Shown: positions 28,898 to 38,386, counted from the first letter of the stretch. The stretch: DNA of 64,000 nucleotides from a virus (IMGVR_UViG_3300037400_006004:32001-96000); one strand, 5' to 3'. Numbers and translations are program-made. Notes: generated by a model from the sequence alone, not told the origin.

Positions 28898-29605
28898 ATG
28901 CTTACTGCAACAAGAATAATTCAAAGATTAGAAAAAAAGCTTGGATACAAATTCATGGATTTAGAAATATCACATGAAGAAATTATTGAAAATATCAAAG
29001 ATGAAACATTAAGAACTTTTTCTAAATATTTTCCTTATCAAGAAACATGTGTTATAGATCCAGAAAACAGGGTAGAACCTTATGAAAATAGATTCTATAT
29101 TAAAACTCAAAATGAATGTGTTGGAATAAATAGGCTTATTGGTGGAAGCTTATTAGGTGCTAATTATATTACTGGTTTACTTCATCCTGTAGCGGCAGAT
29201 ATGTTGTTAGGTGATCCAATTTCAAGACAATTAAATATTGATTTGATGTCTTTTACTTCAAATCCTATTACCTTTAAATATGTAGAACCAGGTATGATTG
29301 AAATCTATCCAGTTTATAATAATGTAAGAAGTTATCTTATTGTGGCAAATACTGTTCATCCAGATCATTTTGGAACTATTCCAGTTAATCTTGAAGATGA
29401 ATTTATGAAATATGCTTTAGCAGATACACAATCTACATTATATATGATGAGAAATAGATTTCAAAATATTCAAACACCTTATGGTAACATTGAAATGTTC
29501 ATAGACCAATTACAAGGTGCTGAAGATAAAAAGGAACAGATTGAAGAAAGATGGAGAAATAATTCTCATAAGAATTCTACTAGAAAAAAAATTTTTGTAG
29601 GATAA
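28898..29605 (+). CDS. Probable neck/head-tail adaptor (T4 gp13-like)
   Basis: RLEKKLGYKFMDLEIS...FMKYALAD...IQTPYGNIEM; late promoter 28855..28866. Confidence 0.55.
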   Translation: MLTATRIIQRLEKKLGYKFMDLEISHEEIIENIKDETLRTFSKYFPYQETCVIDPENRVEPYENRFYIKTQNECVGINRLIGGSLLGANYITGLLHPVAADMLLGDPISRQLNIDLMSFTSNPITFKYVEPGMIEIYPVYNNVRSYLIVANTVHPDHFGTIPVNLEDEFMKYALADTQSTLYMMRNRFQNIQTPYGNIEMFIDQLQGAEDKKEQIEERWRNNSHKNSTRKKIFVG

Positions 29606-29616
29606 GGAGGGTTATT

Positions 29617-29832
29617 ATGATTAGTAAGGAAGAATATTTAAGAAAAATTAAAAATTCCAAATATTATAAATATGCTGATGATAAAGAAGAAATACTAGCT
29701 GATGCTGAAAGAATATGGGAAAGACGTTATGAAAAAAATAAACAACATAATAAATTTGAAAGAAAATTAAAATCACCGATAACATATGTAAAATTACATA
29801 AAGCTAAAAATTTAGATGATTTAGATATTTAA
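29617..29832 (+). CDS. Small basic protein, paralog of the N-terminus of 30531..31211
   Basis: MISKEEYLRKIKNS...ILADA versus MISREEYLKRVKES...ILADA. Confidence 0.7.
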   Translation: MISKEEYLRKIKNSKYYKYADDKEEILADAERIWERRYEKNKQHNKFERKLKSPITYVKLHKAKNLDDLDI

Positions 29833-29856
29833 TAATTTTAGAAAGGAATGATTTTT

Positions 29857-30516
29857 ATGAATTATAGAGATTTTTTAGTAGATAATTTAGAAAATGAAGG
29901 ATTTTTAAATGAAGGAAAAGGTGACAGTAGAAGAAATAGACGAAAAGGACATAAGAACAAAAATAATAAACCTAATCCCACTCCTAAACCTACTCCTAAA
30001 CCTACTCCTACTCCAAAACCTACTCCTAAACCAAATCCTAAACCTACTCCTACTCCTACTCCAAAACCTACTCCTAAACCAAATCCTAATCCTAATCCTA
30101 AACCTAATCCCACTCCAAAACCTAATCCAAAACCAAATCCTAATCCAAATAAAACCAAAATAGAAAATGTAACTAAATCTAGTAAAGATGAAGATAAAAA
30201 GGGATTTAAAAAATGGAGTGAATTTTCAGATGAAGATAAACAAAAATTAAAGAAAGATGCAAAAGTAGCAGGAGCTATTCTTGGAGGAACTGCTTTAGCT
30301 AGTGTTGGAATTAATCATATTATAAAGAGACAGAATAAAGAATATGATGATGATGAAGCATTAACTAAAGAAGAAAAGAAAGAATTAAAAGAAGCATATG
30401 AATATTTATTTGAAAATTTCTCTGAAGTAGATGTTTCTATTTTAGAAATGTTAGATGAATATGATTTTATGGTATTAGATGAAATTTCAGAAGGTTATAA
30501 CAGATTTGAAGATTAA
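29857..30516 (+). CDS. Pro-rich (PK/PT/PN) protein with FLNE leader and hydrophobic helix
   Basis: About 60-aa (Pro-X)n tract, [16 protein letters not shown], acidic C-terminus. Confidence 0.7.
   Translation: MNYRDFLVDNLENEGFLNEGKGDSRRNRRKGHKNKNNKPNPTPKPTPKPTPTPKPTPKPNPKPTPTPTPKPTPKPNPNPNPKPNPTPKPNPKPNPNPNKTKIENVTKSSKDEDKKGFKKWSEFSDEDKQKLKKDAKVAGAILGGTALASVGINHIIKRQNKEYDDDEALTKEEKKELKEAYEYLFENFSEVDVSILEMLDEYDFMVLDEISEGYNRFED
29968..30150 (+). repeat. Low-complexity Pro-X coding repeat
   Basis: cctact/cctaaa/cctaat hexamer reiterations. Confidence 0.9.
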
Positions 30517-30530
30517 GAAAGGAGATTATT

Positions 30531-31211
30531 ATGATTAGTAGAGAAGAATATTTAAAACGAGTTAAAGAATCTCCTAGATATCAAAGAACACTTAATAAAC
30601 TTGAAAGAAAAAAAATATTAGCAGATGCTAATAAAAAATATGATAGACGAATTGCTAGGATACAAAGAGAAGCTGAATTTGAAAAAGAATTAGAAAAAAT
30701 GAATGAAGCTTTTATGGAAGGTTATTTAGATGGTTTAAGTAAATCCCAAGAACTCGATGAAGATCTTTTAGCTAGTATTGGTAGAAGATATGGAAAAGCT
30801 GGAGCTGTTGCAGATAAAGCTGTAGACTCGGTAAAATCTAAATTACCAAAAATCAAAAAATTGGAGATACTCAAACAACGCCAAAAGAAAAAGCCAAAAA
30901 TTATAGATAGAGTTGTTGATAAAGCGGCTAAACCATTAACTAATTATCATACTAAAAAAGCAGTTAATTCATATACTAAACGTCATGGTCATGCTCCAGA
31001 TGATAAAGTTGTTGAAAGATTCAAAAAAGGACAAGTTGCTCCTGCTACTAGAGCTGGTTTAAAAGGATTTGCAAAAGTAGATGCTGCTGCTTCATTAATT
31101 CCTGGTCCAACTTCCGCTTTAGGTCATGCTCCCATAATTGGTTTAGGAGTTGCTGATGAAATTAAAAAGAATAGACAAATGAAAAAAGCTAGACAAAATT
31201 TAAAAAAATAA
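30531..31211 (+). CDS. Basic late protein with internal FMEGYLDG...LDE motif
   Basis: EAFMEGYLDGLSKSQELDE; C-terminal Gly/Ala segment. Confidence 0.65.
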   Translation: MISREEYLKRVKESPRYQRTLNKLERKKILADANKKYDRRIARIQREAEFEKELEKMNEAFMEGYLDGLSKSQELDEDLLASIGRRYGKAGAVADKAVDSVKSKLPKIKKLEILKQRQKKKPKIIDRVVDKAAKPLTNYHTKKAVNSYTKRHGHAPDDKVVERFKKGQVAPATRAGLKGFAKVDAAASLIPGPTSALGHAPIIGLGVADEIKKNRQMKKARQNLKK

Positions 31212-31252
31212 ATAAAATCCCTATAGAGTTGAACTCTATAGGGATTTTATTT
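31210..31252. terminator. Bidirectional terminator (CCTATAG family)
   Basis: aaataaaatccctatagag/ctctatagggattttattt. Confidence 0.85.
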
Positions 31253-31261
31253 TATTAATTA

Positions 31262-31915
31262 TCAATAATCATCAATCATTTGAGCACTATGTCTAAAATC
31301 ATCAGAACGTTGTCCAGCTGTAGCAGAAATAGCACCTGCAATACTAGATAAACCACCTGTAATGGGAGCAGCTAAAATACCAACTGTAGCTTTAGTTCCC
31401 ATATTCCTCTTACGTAGTCTATAGAATTTTGTAGCTTCTTTAACAAATGTATCTTTTTTAACTGGTTTTAAAGCACTTGATTTACAATATTTTACATATT
31501 TATTATATAGCTTTTCAATTTTTGATTTATCTTTTAATTTGGAAGAAGCAACACCATAAGAAATTAATCCGGCAGATAACCAGTCTCCAGCAGTTGTATG
31601 ATGCGCTAAATAATCTTGAGTTGAAGATCCTTCATTTAATTCTTGAATGGCATCATCATAACCTTCTAAAAAAGCTTCTTCTTTCATACCTAAAACTTTT
31701 TTACCAAATTCATAAGGATTTTCTTTTCCTCGTTCAATCTTCTTTTGATTTGCTTTAGACATTTTATCAATTTTTCTTTTATCTCTAATTTCACGAAATT
31801 TTTCTTTTTCAAGCATCATATCTGTGTCAAAATCAAACGTAGGTTTGTATTTCATTTTTTTTATTTCTAATAATGCATTCATATAACCTTCCATAAAAAT
31901 TTCTTCATAAGTCAT
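31262..31915 (-). CDS. Late protein with two F(M/L)EGY leaders and Gly/Ala hydrophobic helices
   Basis: MTYEEIFMEGYMNALLE and EAFLEGYDDAIQELNE; late promoter 31945..31956. Confidence 0.65.
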   Translation of the reverse strand: MTYEEIFMEGYMNALLEIKKMKYKPTFDFDTDMMLEKEKFREIRDKRKIDKMSKANQKKIERGKENPYEFGKKVLGMKEEAFLEGYDDAIQELNEGSSTQDYLAHHTTAGDWLSAGLISYGVASSKLKDKSKIEKLYNKYVKYCKSSALKPVKKDTFVKEATKFYRLRKRNMGTKATVGILAAPITGGLSSIAGAISATAGQRSDDFRHSAQMIDDY

Positions 31916-31962
31916 TTTACTAACCTTCTTTCTATATAAATTTATAATAATAAGTTATTTAA

Positions 31963-33129
31963 TTATCTTTCATTATAAGCTTTATTAATTAATAATACAA
32001 AATAAATATAGCATGCTTTTCTATAAATAACTTTAGTAGCATCTCTTTCAGTATTAGCATATCTATTACAGTATTTAGTTAAAAATTTATCTAAAGTATT
32101 TTTGATATTAAGACTAATATCATTTTTACTATTAGATTTACTATAAGCACTTATCATATAAGTAACGAATTTTTGAGAGCCAAACTCATTTGAATTATTA
32201 TTATCATTATAAATATATAATTGAACCATTGATAATAATAAAATTCTAATAGATTCTAATTCATTATCTTTAATATTTTCAAGAGCTAATTTCATTACAC
32301 TTTGTTCAGCTTTACAAATACCACAAGCAGTTCTAAGAATAACTGGATCAATTCTAGTAGTATTAAATTTATTATAAGCTTTATTAACGATATTAACTAA
32401 ATCAGCTGACATATTAGAAGTTTCGTAATAATTTTCTTCATCATTAGAATCTTGCTGAAGTTTAAGATATTTTTTATTATTAAAATCAGTCATATATTCA
32501 TTAACAAATGATTTCATTTGGTTATTAAGTCTTGTACGAATAGCAAGAAGATAACTTAAAATATCCATATCATTTTTAGAATCTAAAGATTTCTTTTGTG
32601 TTTCATGAGCATTAATAACAGTTGCAAATAACGCTTTAAAAACAGATTGATACTTTCTAAAGTAATATTTGTCTGAAACTCTATTAAAAGTAAATTGCAT
32701 ACAATCTTCATTTGGTAAAAATTTTTGGAAATATTTAGCATGAAGTGCAGCATACTGATATAGAGTAAGATACATTAAAGCTGCTTGTAAACCTACTTTA
32801 TTATTAGTTAAATGATAATAACGAACAAGATTAACCATTAAGAAGTTTAAAGGAAAGTTAACTTGATTGATAACACCATAACATTCTTTAGTCTTTTTAA
32901 TTTTACCTACAACAGTATCAATTTCATCTACAGAAATTTTAAATAAATCAAATGGATATTTTATATCATTTGGTGTAAAAAATAATCTTTTACTTGGTAT
33001 ATTATGAAAAAGTACTTCAGAATTTTTATCCATATACTTTTGTACATAACTTTCAAATTGCTTTGTAATAGCAGGACTTTCATTTGTCTTTAACATTGGA
33101 AAAATTTCATCATGAAAAAATGTAGACAT
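31963..33129 (-). CDS. Helical late protein (candidate virion-RNAP-associated factor)
   Basis: YAALHAKYF...NEDCMQFTFNRVSDKYYFRKY...RTRLNNQMKSF; own late promoter 33155..33166; function uncertain. Confidence 0.4.
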   Translation of the reverse strand: MSTFFHDEIFPMLKTNESPAITKQFESYVQKYMDKNSEVLFHNIPSKRLFFTPNDIKYPFDLFKISVDEIDTVVGKIKKTKECYGVINQVNFPLNFLMVNLVRYYHLTNNKVGLQAALMYLTLYQYAALHAKYFQKFLPNEDCMQFTFNRVSDKYYFRKYQSVFKALFATVINAHETQKKSLDSKNDMDILSYLLAIRTRLNNQMKSFVNEYMTDFNNKKYLKLQQDSNDEENYYETSNMSADLVNIVNKAYNKFNTTRIDPVILRTACGICKAEQSVMKLALENIKDNELESIRILLLSMVQLYIYNDNNNSNEFGSQKFVTYMISAYSKSNSKNDISLNIKNTLDKFLTKYCNRYANTERDATKVIYRKACYIYFVLLINKAYNER

Positions 33130-33208
33130 AATCTCACCTCTTTAATAAATAATATAAAGAATAGTTCTACTAAAAAAAAATGGGAAGGAATTACCCTTCC
33201 CATTTAGT

Positions 33209-33535
33209 TTACTCAAAACCCCAGAACTTTCTCATCTGAGACTGAGTTTCGCATATTTCCAGTTCTACATCATTTTGACATAAGAACCTTACAATACTTC
33301 CCAAGAAGAATAAATCATAATCTTCATAGGAAAACTCAGTATAACGAAATTCTTCGTTATACTGAGTTTTATATGTATTACTTGGACCGCCCCATCCACA
33401 AGCACTTTTCAAGAATGCTTTTACAATAGCATTATCACCATTGTAAAAGACTGAATATCCATGACTTGAGCAGTCAAAGCATTTTCCTTCAGGCTGCCGT
33501 CCAGCGGTCAGATCTACTATGAGTCTTTCTTTCAT
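33209..33535 (-). CDS. Hypothetical early protein
   Basis: SD AAGGAGG, ATGA coupling; terminator 33178..33205. Confidence 0.7.
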   Translation of the reverse strand: MKERLIVDLTAGRQPEGKCFDCSSHGYSVFYNGDNAIVKAFLKSACGWGGPSNTYKTQYNEEFRYTEFSYEDYDLFFLGSIVRFLCQNDVELEICETQSQMRKFWGFE

Positions 33536-33966
33536 ATAATTTCCTCCTTAATAATTTTATCATGAACTTCAATCTGCTCAATCATTAGACAGAAATAATG
33601 ATGTATATAACTATAGGTATTTCCATTTATAGATGTTCTAGGGCATATATCGACAATAGCTTTTTTATATTTATCATTTTCTCTTAAAGGATAAAATTTA
33701 GCTTTTGATAAATCTGTAACATCTCTAGTAGTTCCATCTTTATGACATTTAGTTTTAATTTTAGTTAATTTTTTAATTTGTTTTAATAATATATCTTCAG
33801 ATGAAAAATATAATTCAAAATGATTTTTTGTTTCATCAAAAATATCAATTGGTGAACAAGGTAAGCTCATCAATGTTTCAAGATTATCACATGAAGGCTT
33901 TATTTTATTATTATAAAGTTCTTCATAATAATACTCCGTTACTTTAAGTTTAAATATAGTAGACAT
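33532..33966 (-). CDS. Hypothetical early protein
   Basis: SD GGAGGG. Confidence 0.7.
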   Translation of the reverse strand: MSTIFKLKVTEYYYEELYNNKIKPSCDNLETLMSLPCSPIDIFDETKNHFELYFSSEDILLKQIKKLTKIKTKCHKDGTTRDVTDLSKAKFYPLRENDKYKKAIVDICPRTSINGNTYSYIHHYFCLMIEQIEVHDKIIKEEII

Positions 33967-33979
33967 TATTAACCCTCCA

Positions 33980-34450
33980 TTAATCTCTACTTTCTATTAC
34001 AAAGTATTTAGCTTTATAACTTTTTGCAAGCTTTCTTACTTCTGAAGTTTCTTCTTTAGTTTTACAAAAGATACTATAAAGATACACATTATCTTTAGAG
34101 GTAGGAACTTTAAGATAAGGAAGCTCTTTATCATTCATAATCTTATCAAATTCTTTATCATCAAAATTAGATGTAAGTTCAATCTTCCAAAGTTTATCTT
34201 TCCTTGACTTAACTTCAATAACTTTAACTACATATACACCGATAAGATTACAAATAGCAACGATAGCTGCTTTCTTCCAAATAGGAAGATCACATGTCAT
34301 ATAAATAAGGACTACTGTATACAACCCATAAGCCACTGCATTGACTAATGCAGCAGTAATAGGACTACCTTTTAATGTAATAATAGACTTACCAGTCTGA
34401 ATAATTACATTAAATACATTAAGTACTATAAAGATTGTTAATACACTCAT
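33980..34450 (-). CDS. DUF5698/UPF0316-like membrane protein
   Basis: Three TM helices (IQTGKSIITLKG...AALVNAVAYGLY...CNLIGVYV) plus small C-terminal domain. Confidence 0.6.
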   Translation of the reverse strand: MSVLTIFIVLNVFNVIIQTGKSIITLKGSPITAALVNAVAYGLYTVVLIYMTCDLPIWKKAAIVAICNLIGVYVVKVIEVKSRKDKLWKIELTSNFDDKEFDKIMNDKELPYLKVPTSKDNVYLYSIFCKTKEETSEVRKLAKSYKAKYFVIESRD

Positions 34451-34498
34451 TTATCTTACCTCCTCAATATTTTTATTATTTTTTTCTACATCACTCAT
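34451..34498 (-). CDS. 15-aa leader ORF
   Basis: MSDVEKNNKNIEEVR with SD GGAGGT; stop abuts the next ATG; early motif 34541..34554. Confidence 0.4.
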   Translation of the reverse strand: MSDVEKNNKNIEEVR

Positions 34499-34597
34499 AA
34501 ATATACCTCCATAATAAAAATATAGATTTTTACCATTAAAATAATATATACTTAAAAACCTATTATTATATATAATAAAAAGAAAGGAGTAACTTTT

Positions 34598-36586
34598 ATG
34601 ATTTATGATTATAATACAAAGAATATAAGTTTCATAAAAATGGCTAAGCAATTAAAAGATAAAGGTGTTAAGAATTGGAATTTTATGTTAACTTTATATG
34701 ATCCAAAGTTACAAGGAGTAGATCCTTATGACCCAGATCTTTCTATAGAAATGCAAGCAAGAATACAAAAAGAAGTAATGATTAATTATTGGTACTATAT
34801 TCGAGAAGTTATTCGTATTAATTCTACTGGTGGAGCTGTTTCATATGAACTTCATCTTGGAAATATGGCAATGCATTATATGCAATTAAAAAATATAGAT
34901 GTTATTTTATGTTTACCCCGTCAGCACTTTAAAACTTGGAGTTCTGTTGTATGGTATTCATGGATTTATTTATATCAAGCAAAGAATTATACTATTATAT
35001 TTAGTAATAAACAGTTACAAGACTCACAAGAAAACTTAAAGCGTATTATGGATGTTATTGAAGTTTTACCATCATATTTAAAGAGTCATATGAATCCTAA
35101 ATATGATACCGATAATATTAACATGCTTAGAATAGCTGAGAATAATAATACAATTAAAGCATTATCTTCTCCTAAAGATGAAAAGTCTGCCGATAAATTA
35201 GGACGTGGTCTTAACATTCCTATCTTATGGTGTGATGAGTTTGCATTCTTAAACATGAATCAAGTTATGTATATGTCTGCAAGACCTGCATTAACTAAAG
35301 CATCTGAAGCAGCTAAAAATGCTCATCAGCCTTACGGTATCACTATAACTACTACTCCAAATAACCTTGATGTTCCAGAAGGAAAATTCTGTTATGATAT
35401 GATTCAAAAAGCAGCTAAATTTACTTTTGCTTTTTATGATTGGACTGATGATCAATTATGTGATTATCTAGATAAAAATTCTGGTAATAACTATGTATTC
35501 ATTGAATATCATCATACTGATCTTGGTAAAGATGATAAATGGTTAAAAGCTCAAATTAGAGCACTTGAAGGAGATATGGCTAAAGTTAAAAGAGAAATTC
35601 TTATTGAATGGACTTATGCTTCTAATATGTCTATCTTTACAGAAGAGCAGTTAGATGACATGTCTAAATATGTAAAACATGAAAATCTTCAAACTATTTA
35701 TATAGACAATTATAAAATTGATGTATTAGAACCATTTAACAATCTTATGTATAAAAACTGGTGTCTTTCTATAGATATCGGTGGAGGACTTGGTAGAGAC
35801 TATTCAGCTTTTTCTCTTATAGACCCAGTGTCTCTTAAACAAGTTATGAAATTTAAGAATAATAATATCTCAGTATTAGACTTTGCTAATTTAGTAATTA
35901 AATTTGTAAAGACTTATGTACCTAATGCAGTTATTATTCCAGAGCGTAACTTTAACTCTGCTTTTATAGAATACATTCAAAAATCAGATTTTGCTAAAAA
36001 TCTTTACTATACTTCAACTGAAGATAAAGATTATACACAAAAGAAAATTAAAAAGACTTCTATATTTAAAGCAGGAAAAACAACTAGTGTTGAAACTCGT
36101 AGATATGGTTTCCAAACAGATAAAGATACAAGAAAGTATATGACTGAAGAAATATTATTTATGATTGCTAATCAAAGACCAGAATTAATAAATAATGATG
36201 AACTTTTTGATGAAATAAGAAAGCTTATTAGAGAAAAATCGGGTAAGATTAATCATATGAATGGAGAACATGATGACTTAACTATGAGTTACTTAATTGG
36301 TTTATATGTATTAACAAATACTACTAATAGAAATAAATTCTTTAAGAATATTTCAGATACTCCAATTACTGCAGATAAGCCAAAAGAAATTAATAAGCAA
36401 GAACAACAATTTAAGAGAATTGCTAAATATAACGATCAAGAGGTTATGAATAATATTATAAATAGTAATTTAGATAGAGAACTACTTGAAATGCAAAGAC
36501 TTATAGATGAAAAAAATAGTAAAATTGAAACTGATAGTAAAAAGAGGCATATGAAAAATATATTTAGTATGAATGGAAGTTTATAA
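34598..36586 (+). CDS. terL: Terminase large subunit
   Basis: PRQHFKT (Walker A), WCDEFAF (Walker B), TTTP coupling motif, SIDIGGG..DYS and HDDL nuclease motifs. Confidence 0.92.
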   Translation: MIYDYNTKNISFIKMAKQLKDKGVKNWNFMLTLYDPKLQGVDPYDPDLSIEMQARIQKEVMINYWYYIREVIRINSTGGAVSYELHLGNMAMHYMQLKNIDVILCLPRQHFKTWSSVVWYSWIYLYQAKNYTIIFSNKQLQDSQENLKRIMDVIEVLPSYLKSHMNPKYDTDNINMLRIAENNNTIKALSSPKDEKSADKLGRGLNIPILWCDEFAFLNMNQVMYMSARPALTKASEAAKNAHQPYGITITTTPNNLDVPEGKFCYDMIQKAAKFTFAFYDWTDDQLCDYLDKNSGNNYVFIEYHHTDLGKDDKWLKAQIRALEGDMAKVKREILIEWTYASNMSIFTEEQLDDMSKYVKHENLQTIYIDNYKIDVLEPFNNLMYKNWCLSIDIGGGLGRDYSAFSLIDPVSLKQVMKFKNNNISVLDFANLVIKFVKTYVPNAVIIPERNFNSAFIEYIQKSDFAKNLYYTSTEDKDYTQKKIKKTSIFKAGKTTSVETRRYGFQTDKDTRKYMTEEILFMIANQRPELINNDELFDEIRKLIREKSGKINHMNGEHDDLTMSYLIGLYVLTNTTNRNKFFKNISDTPITADKPKEINKQEQQFKRIAKYNDQEVMNNIINSNLDRELLEMQRLIDEKNSKIETDSKKRHMKNIFSMNGSL

Positions 36587-36625
36587 AATAACAATTATTA
36601 AATTATATGGAAAGGTGGTTTTATA

Positions 36626-37519
36626 ATGTCATATTTAAAAAATTTTTTAGAAGGTTATATGGATGGTATTAGTGAATTAGATGAATCAGTTCATACAAAA
36701 GTTGCAAAAAAGACTAAAAAATATATAATTCAACAAGTTGAAGATGATGATAGCCATTTATCAAAAGGCGGAGATATACAAACATATGATATTGGAGATA
36801 AAATAAAAGATAGTGACCATACTTGGAGAGGAACTACTCATCCGATTAGTGTTGAACATGATGCTAAAGATAAAAAAAGATATACTACTACGTATCAAGT
36901 TCCAGATAAATTAAAAGAATCACACATAAATATAGGAAAACGAGATTTAAAAAGTAAAGGTATAGCTCAAGCAACAGTAGGACACGAAGTAGGACATGGT
37001 AGATTTGCTTCTAAGTTTGCAAAATCAGTATCTTCTGGAAGTGCAGATCCCATATTAGCAAGTGTAGCAGCCAAAAGAGAATATGAACGACAAAAAAATG
37101 GAAAAGTTCATAATCATGCAAATACTATTGAAGTACAGAGATCTTCTAACTTCAGTGAATATTATGCAGATCAAAATGCAAGAGAAGCTTTAAGACGAGC
37201 TGATCCAAAACATTCAGATATTAAAATGAGAAGATATTTTAAACATGTTAGCAAATTAGATAAATCTGAAAGAAAATTACCAAATGCAAAAGCAATAAAA
37301 GCAAGTAGAGCTTTAGATTCAGTAGATAGAAAACAAGCTATGAGAGAAGTTGCTAAATTACGTGCAGAAGCAGTAATGAAAAAGAAAGATCCTAGACAAA
37401 TGATCAAATACAAACAAGGAATGGCTGGCGGTAAAAAAGCTTATGAAAAAGAAGTTAAAAAACGTAAATTACAAAAGAAATTAAGAGAAGAGTTATTAAA
37501 TTATTATTTAGAAAATTAA
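36626..37519 (+). CDS. FLEGY-leader protein with zincin-like HExxH motif
   Basis: MSYLKNFLEGYMDGISELDE; GHEVGH...EYYAD. Confidence 0.6.
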   Translation: MSYLKNFLEGYMDGISELDESVHTKVAKKTKKYIIQQVEDDDSHLSKGGDIQTYDIGDKIKDSDHTWRGTTHPISVEHDAKDKKRYTTTYQVPDKLKESHINIGKRDLKSKGIAQATVGHEVGHGRFASKFAKSVSSGSADPILASVAAKREYERQKNGKVHNHANTIEVQRSSNFSEYYADQNAREALRRADPKHSDIKMRRYFKHVSKLDKSERKLPNAKAIKASRALDSVDRKQAMREVAKLRAEAVMKKKDPRQMIKYKQGMAGGKKAYEKEVKKRKLQKKLREELLNYYLEN

Positions 37520-37528
37520 TTTTATTAA

Positions 37529-37564
37529 AAAAAGACTATAGGGAATATTCCCTATAGTCTTTTT
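37529..37564. terminator. Bidirectional terminator
   Basis: aaaaagactatagggaa/ttccctatagtcttttt. Confidence 0.85.
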
Positions 37565-37778
37565 AAAAATCAGCAAAATATTTTAAATAAGGGTAATAAA
37601 AACTTTCCTTATTTATTGTTTTTAATATTTCTTTTTGTTTATTTATTCTTATTTCAGTTACTCCACATCTTTCATTAATAGTATAAAATAATTTTCCATT
37701 AATTATTTCATCAGCTTCTTTTAAAAGTTTTTCATCTTTTTTATTATTTTTATAGCATTTTAATAATTCATAAAACAT
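37563..37778 (-). CDS. Small early protein
   Basis: SD AAGGAGGT; early motif 37815..37828. Confidence 0.65.
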   Translation of the reverse strand: MFYELLKCYKNNKKDEKLLKEADEIINGKLFYTINERCGVTEIRINKQKEILKTINKESFYYPYLKYFADF

Positions 37779-37827
37779 AAACTTACACCTCCTTATTATT
37801 TATATTTCATATAAATAATATATATTT

Positions 37828-37856
37828 AACCCTTAAGGATTAAATCCTTAAGGGTT
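37828..37856. terminator. Terminator (CCTTAAGG family)
   Basis: aacccttaaggat/atccttaagggtt. Confidence 0.8.
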
Positions 37857-37862
37857 TTTTTA

Positions 37863-38372
37863 TTAATATTTAGAAGTTCTTTTTACATTTATACTATTTC
37901 CAACTTTAACTTCATGACTTATTTCTTTTGGTCCATTTTCTAAGTTATTTTTCTTTCTAACTTTTTTATCAGCTGCATCTATTACAGTAGTACCAGCTTT
38001 AACTGCTGTAATACCAGCGAGTGTAATACCAGCTTTACCTAAAGTCTTTTTTAAATCATGTGCAGTTTCTTGTCTTTCACACCATCTTTTAAAAGGTAAA
38101 AAATCTTTTCCTTGTTTTTTACGTTTTTTTACATATTCATCATATTTGAGTTTAAGTGCATCACTATCTAATCTTTTATCCTTTTTAAAAAGACCTTCGC
38201 ATAATTCAGTATAATATTGATCTAAATTATCAAAATCTTCATTTAATTCATTATAAACAGCTATTTCATCTAATTCATAAGCTTTTTCCATTAATGTATC
38301 AAACCATTCATTAAATACAGCTGTTCCACCGTTCATTCTATAATCGACAAAACCTTTTTTAATTTTATTCAT
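37863..38372 (-). CDS. Protein with acidic LxE-rich leader and basic/Gly-Ala payload
   Basis: ELDE, ELNE, ELCE then KAGITLAGITAVKAG. Confidence 0.6.
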   Translation of the reverse strand: MNKIKKGFVDYRMNGGTAVFNEWFDTLMEKAYELDEIAVYNELNEDFDNLDQYYTELCEGLFKKDKRLDSDALKLKYDEYVKKRKKQGKDFLPFKRWCERQETAHDLKKTLGKAGITLAGITAVKAGTTVIDAADKKVRKKNNLENGPKEISHEVKVGNSINVKRTSKY

Positions 38373-38386
38373 ATTAATTCACCTCT

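Noticed and set aside
29862-30163. Gly-Leu-rich antisense ORF and Leu-rich alternative-frame ORF
   Set aside because: By-products of the Pro-X repeat.
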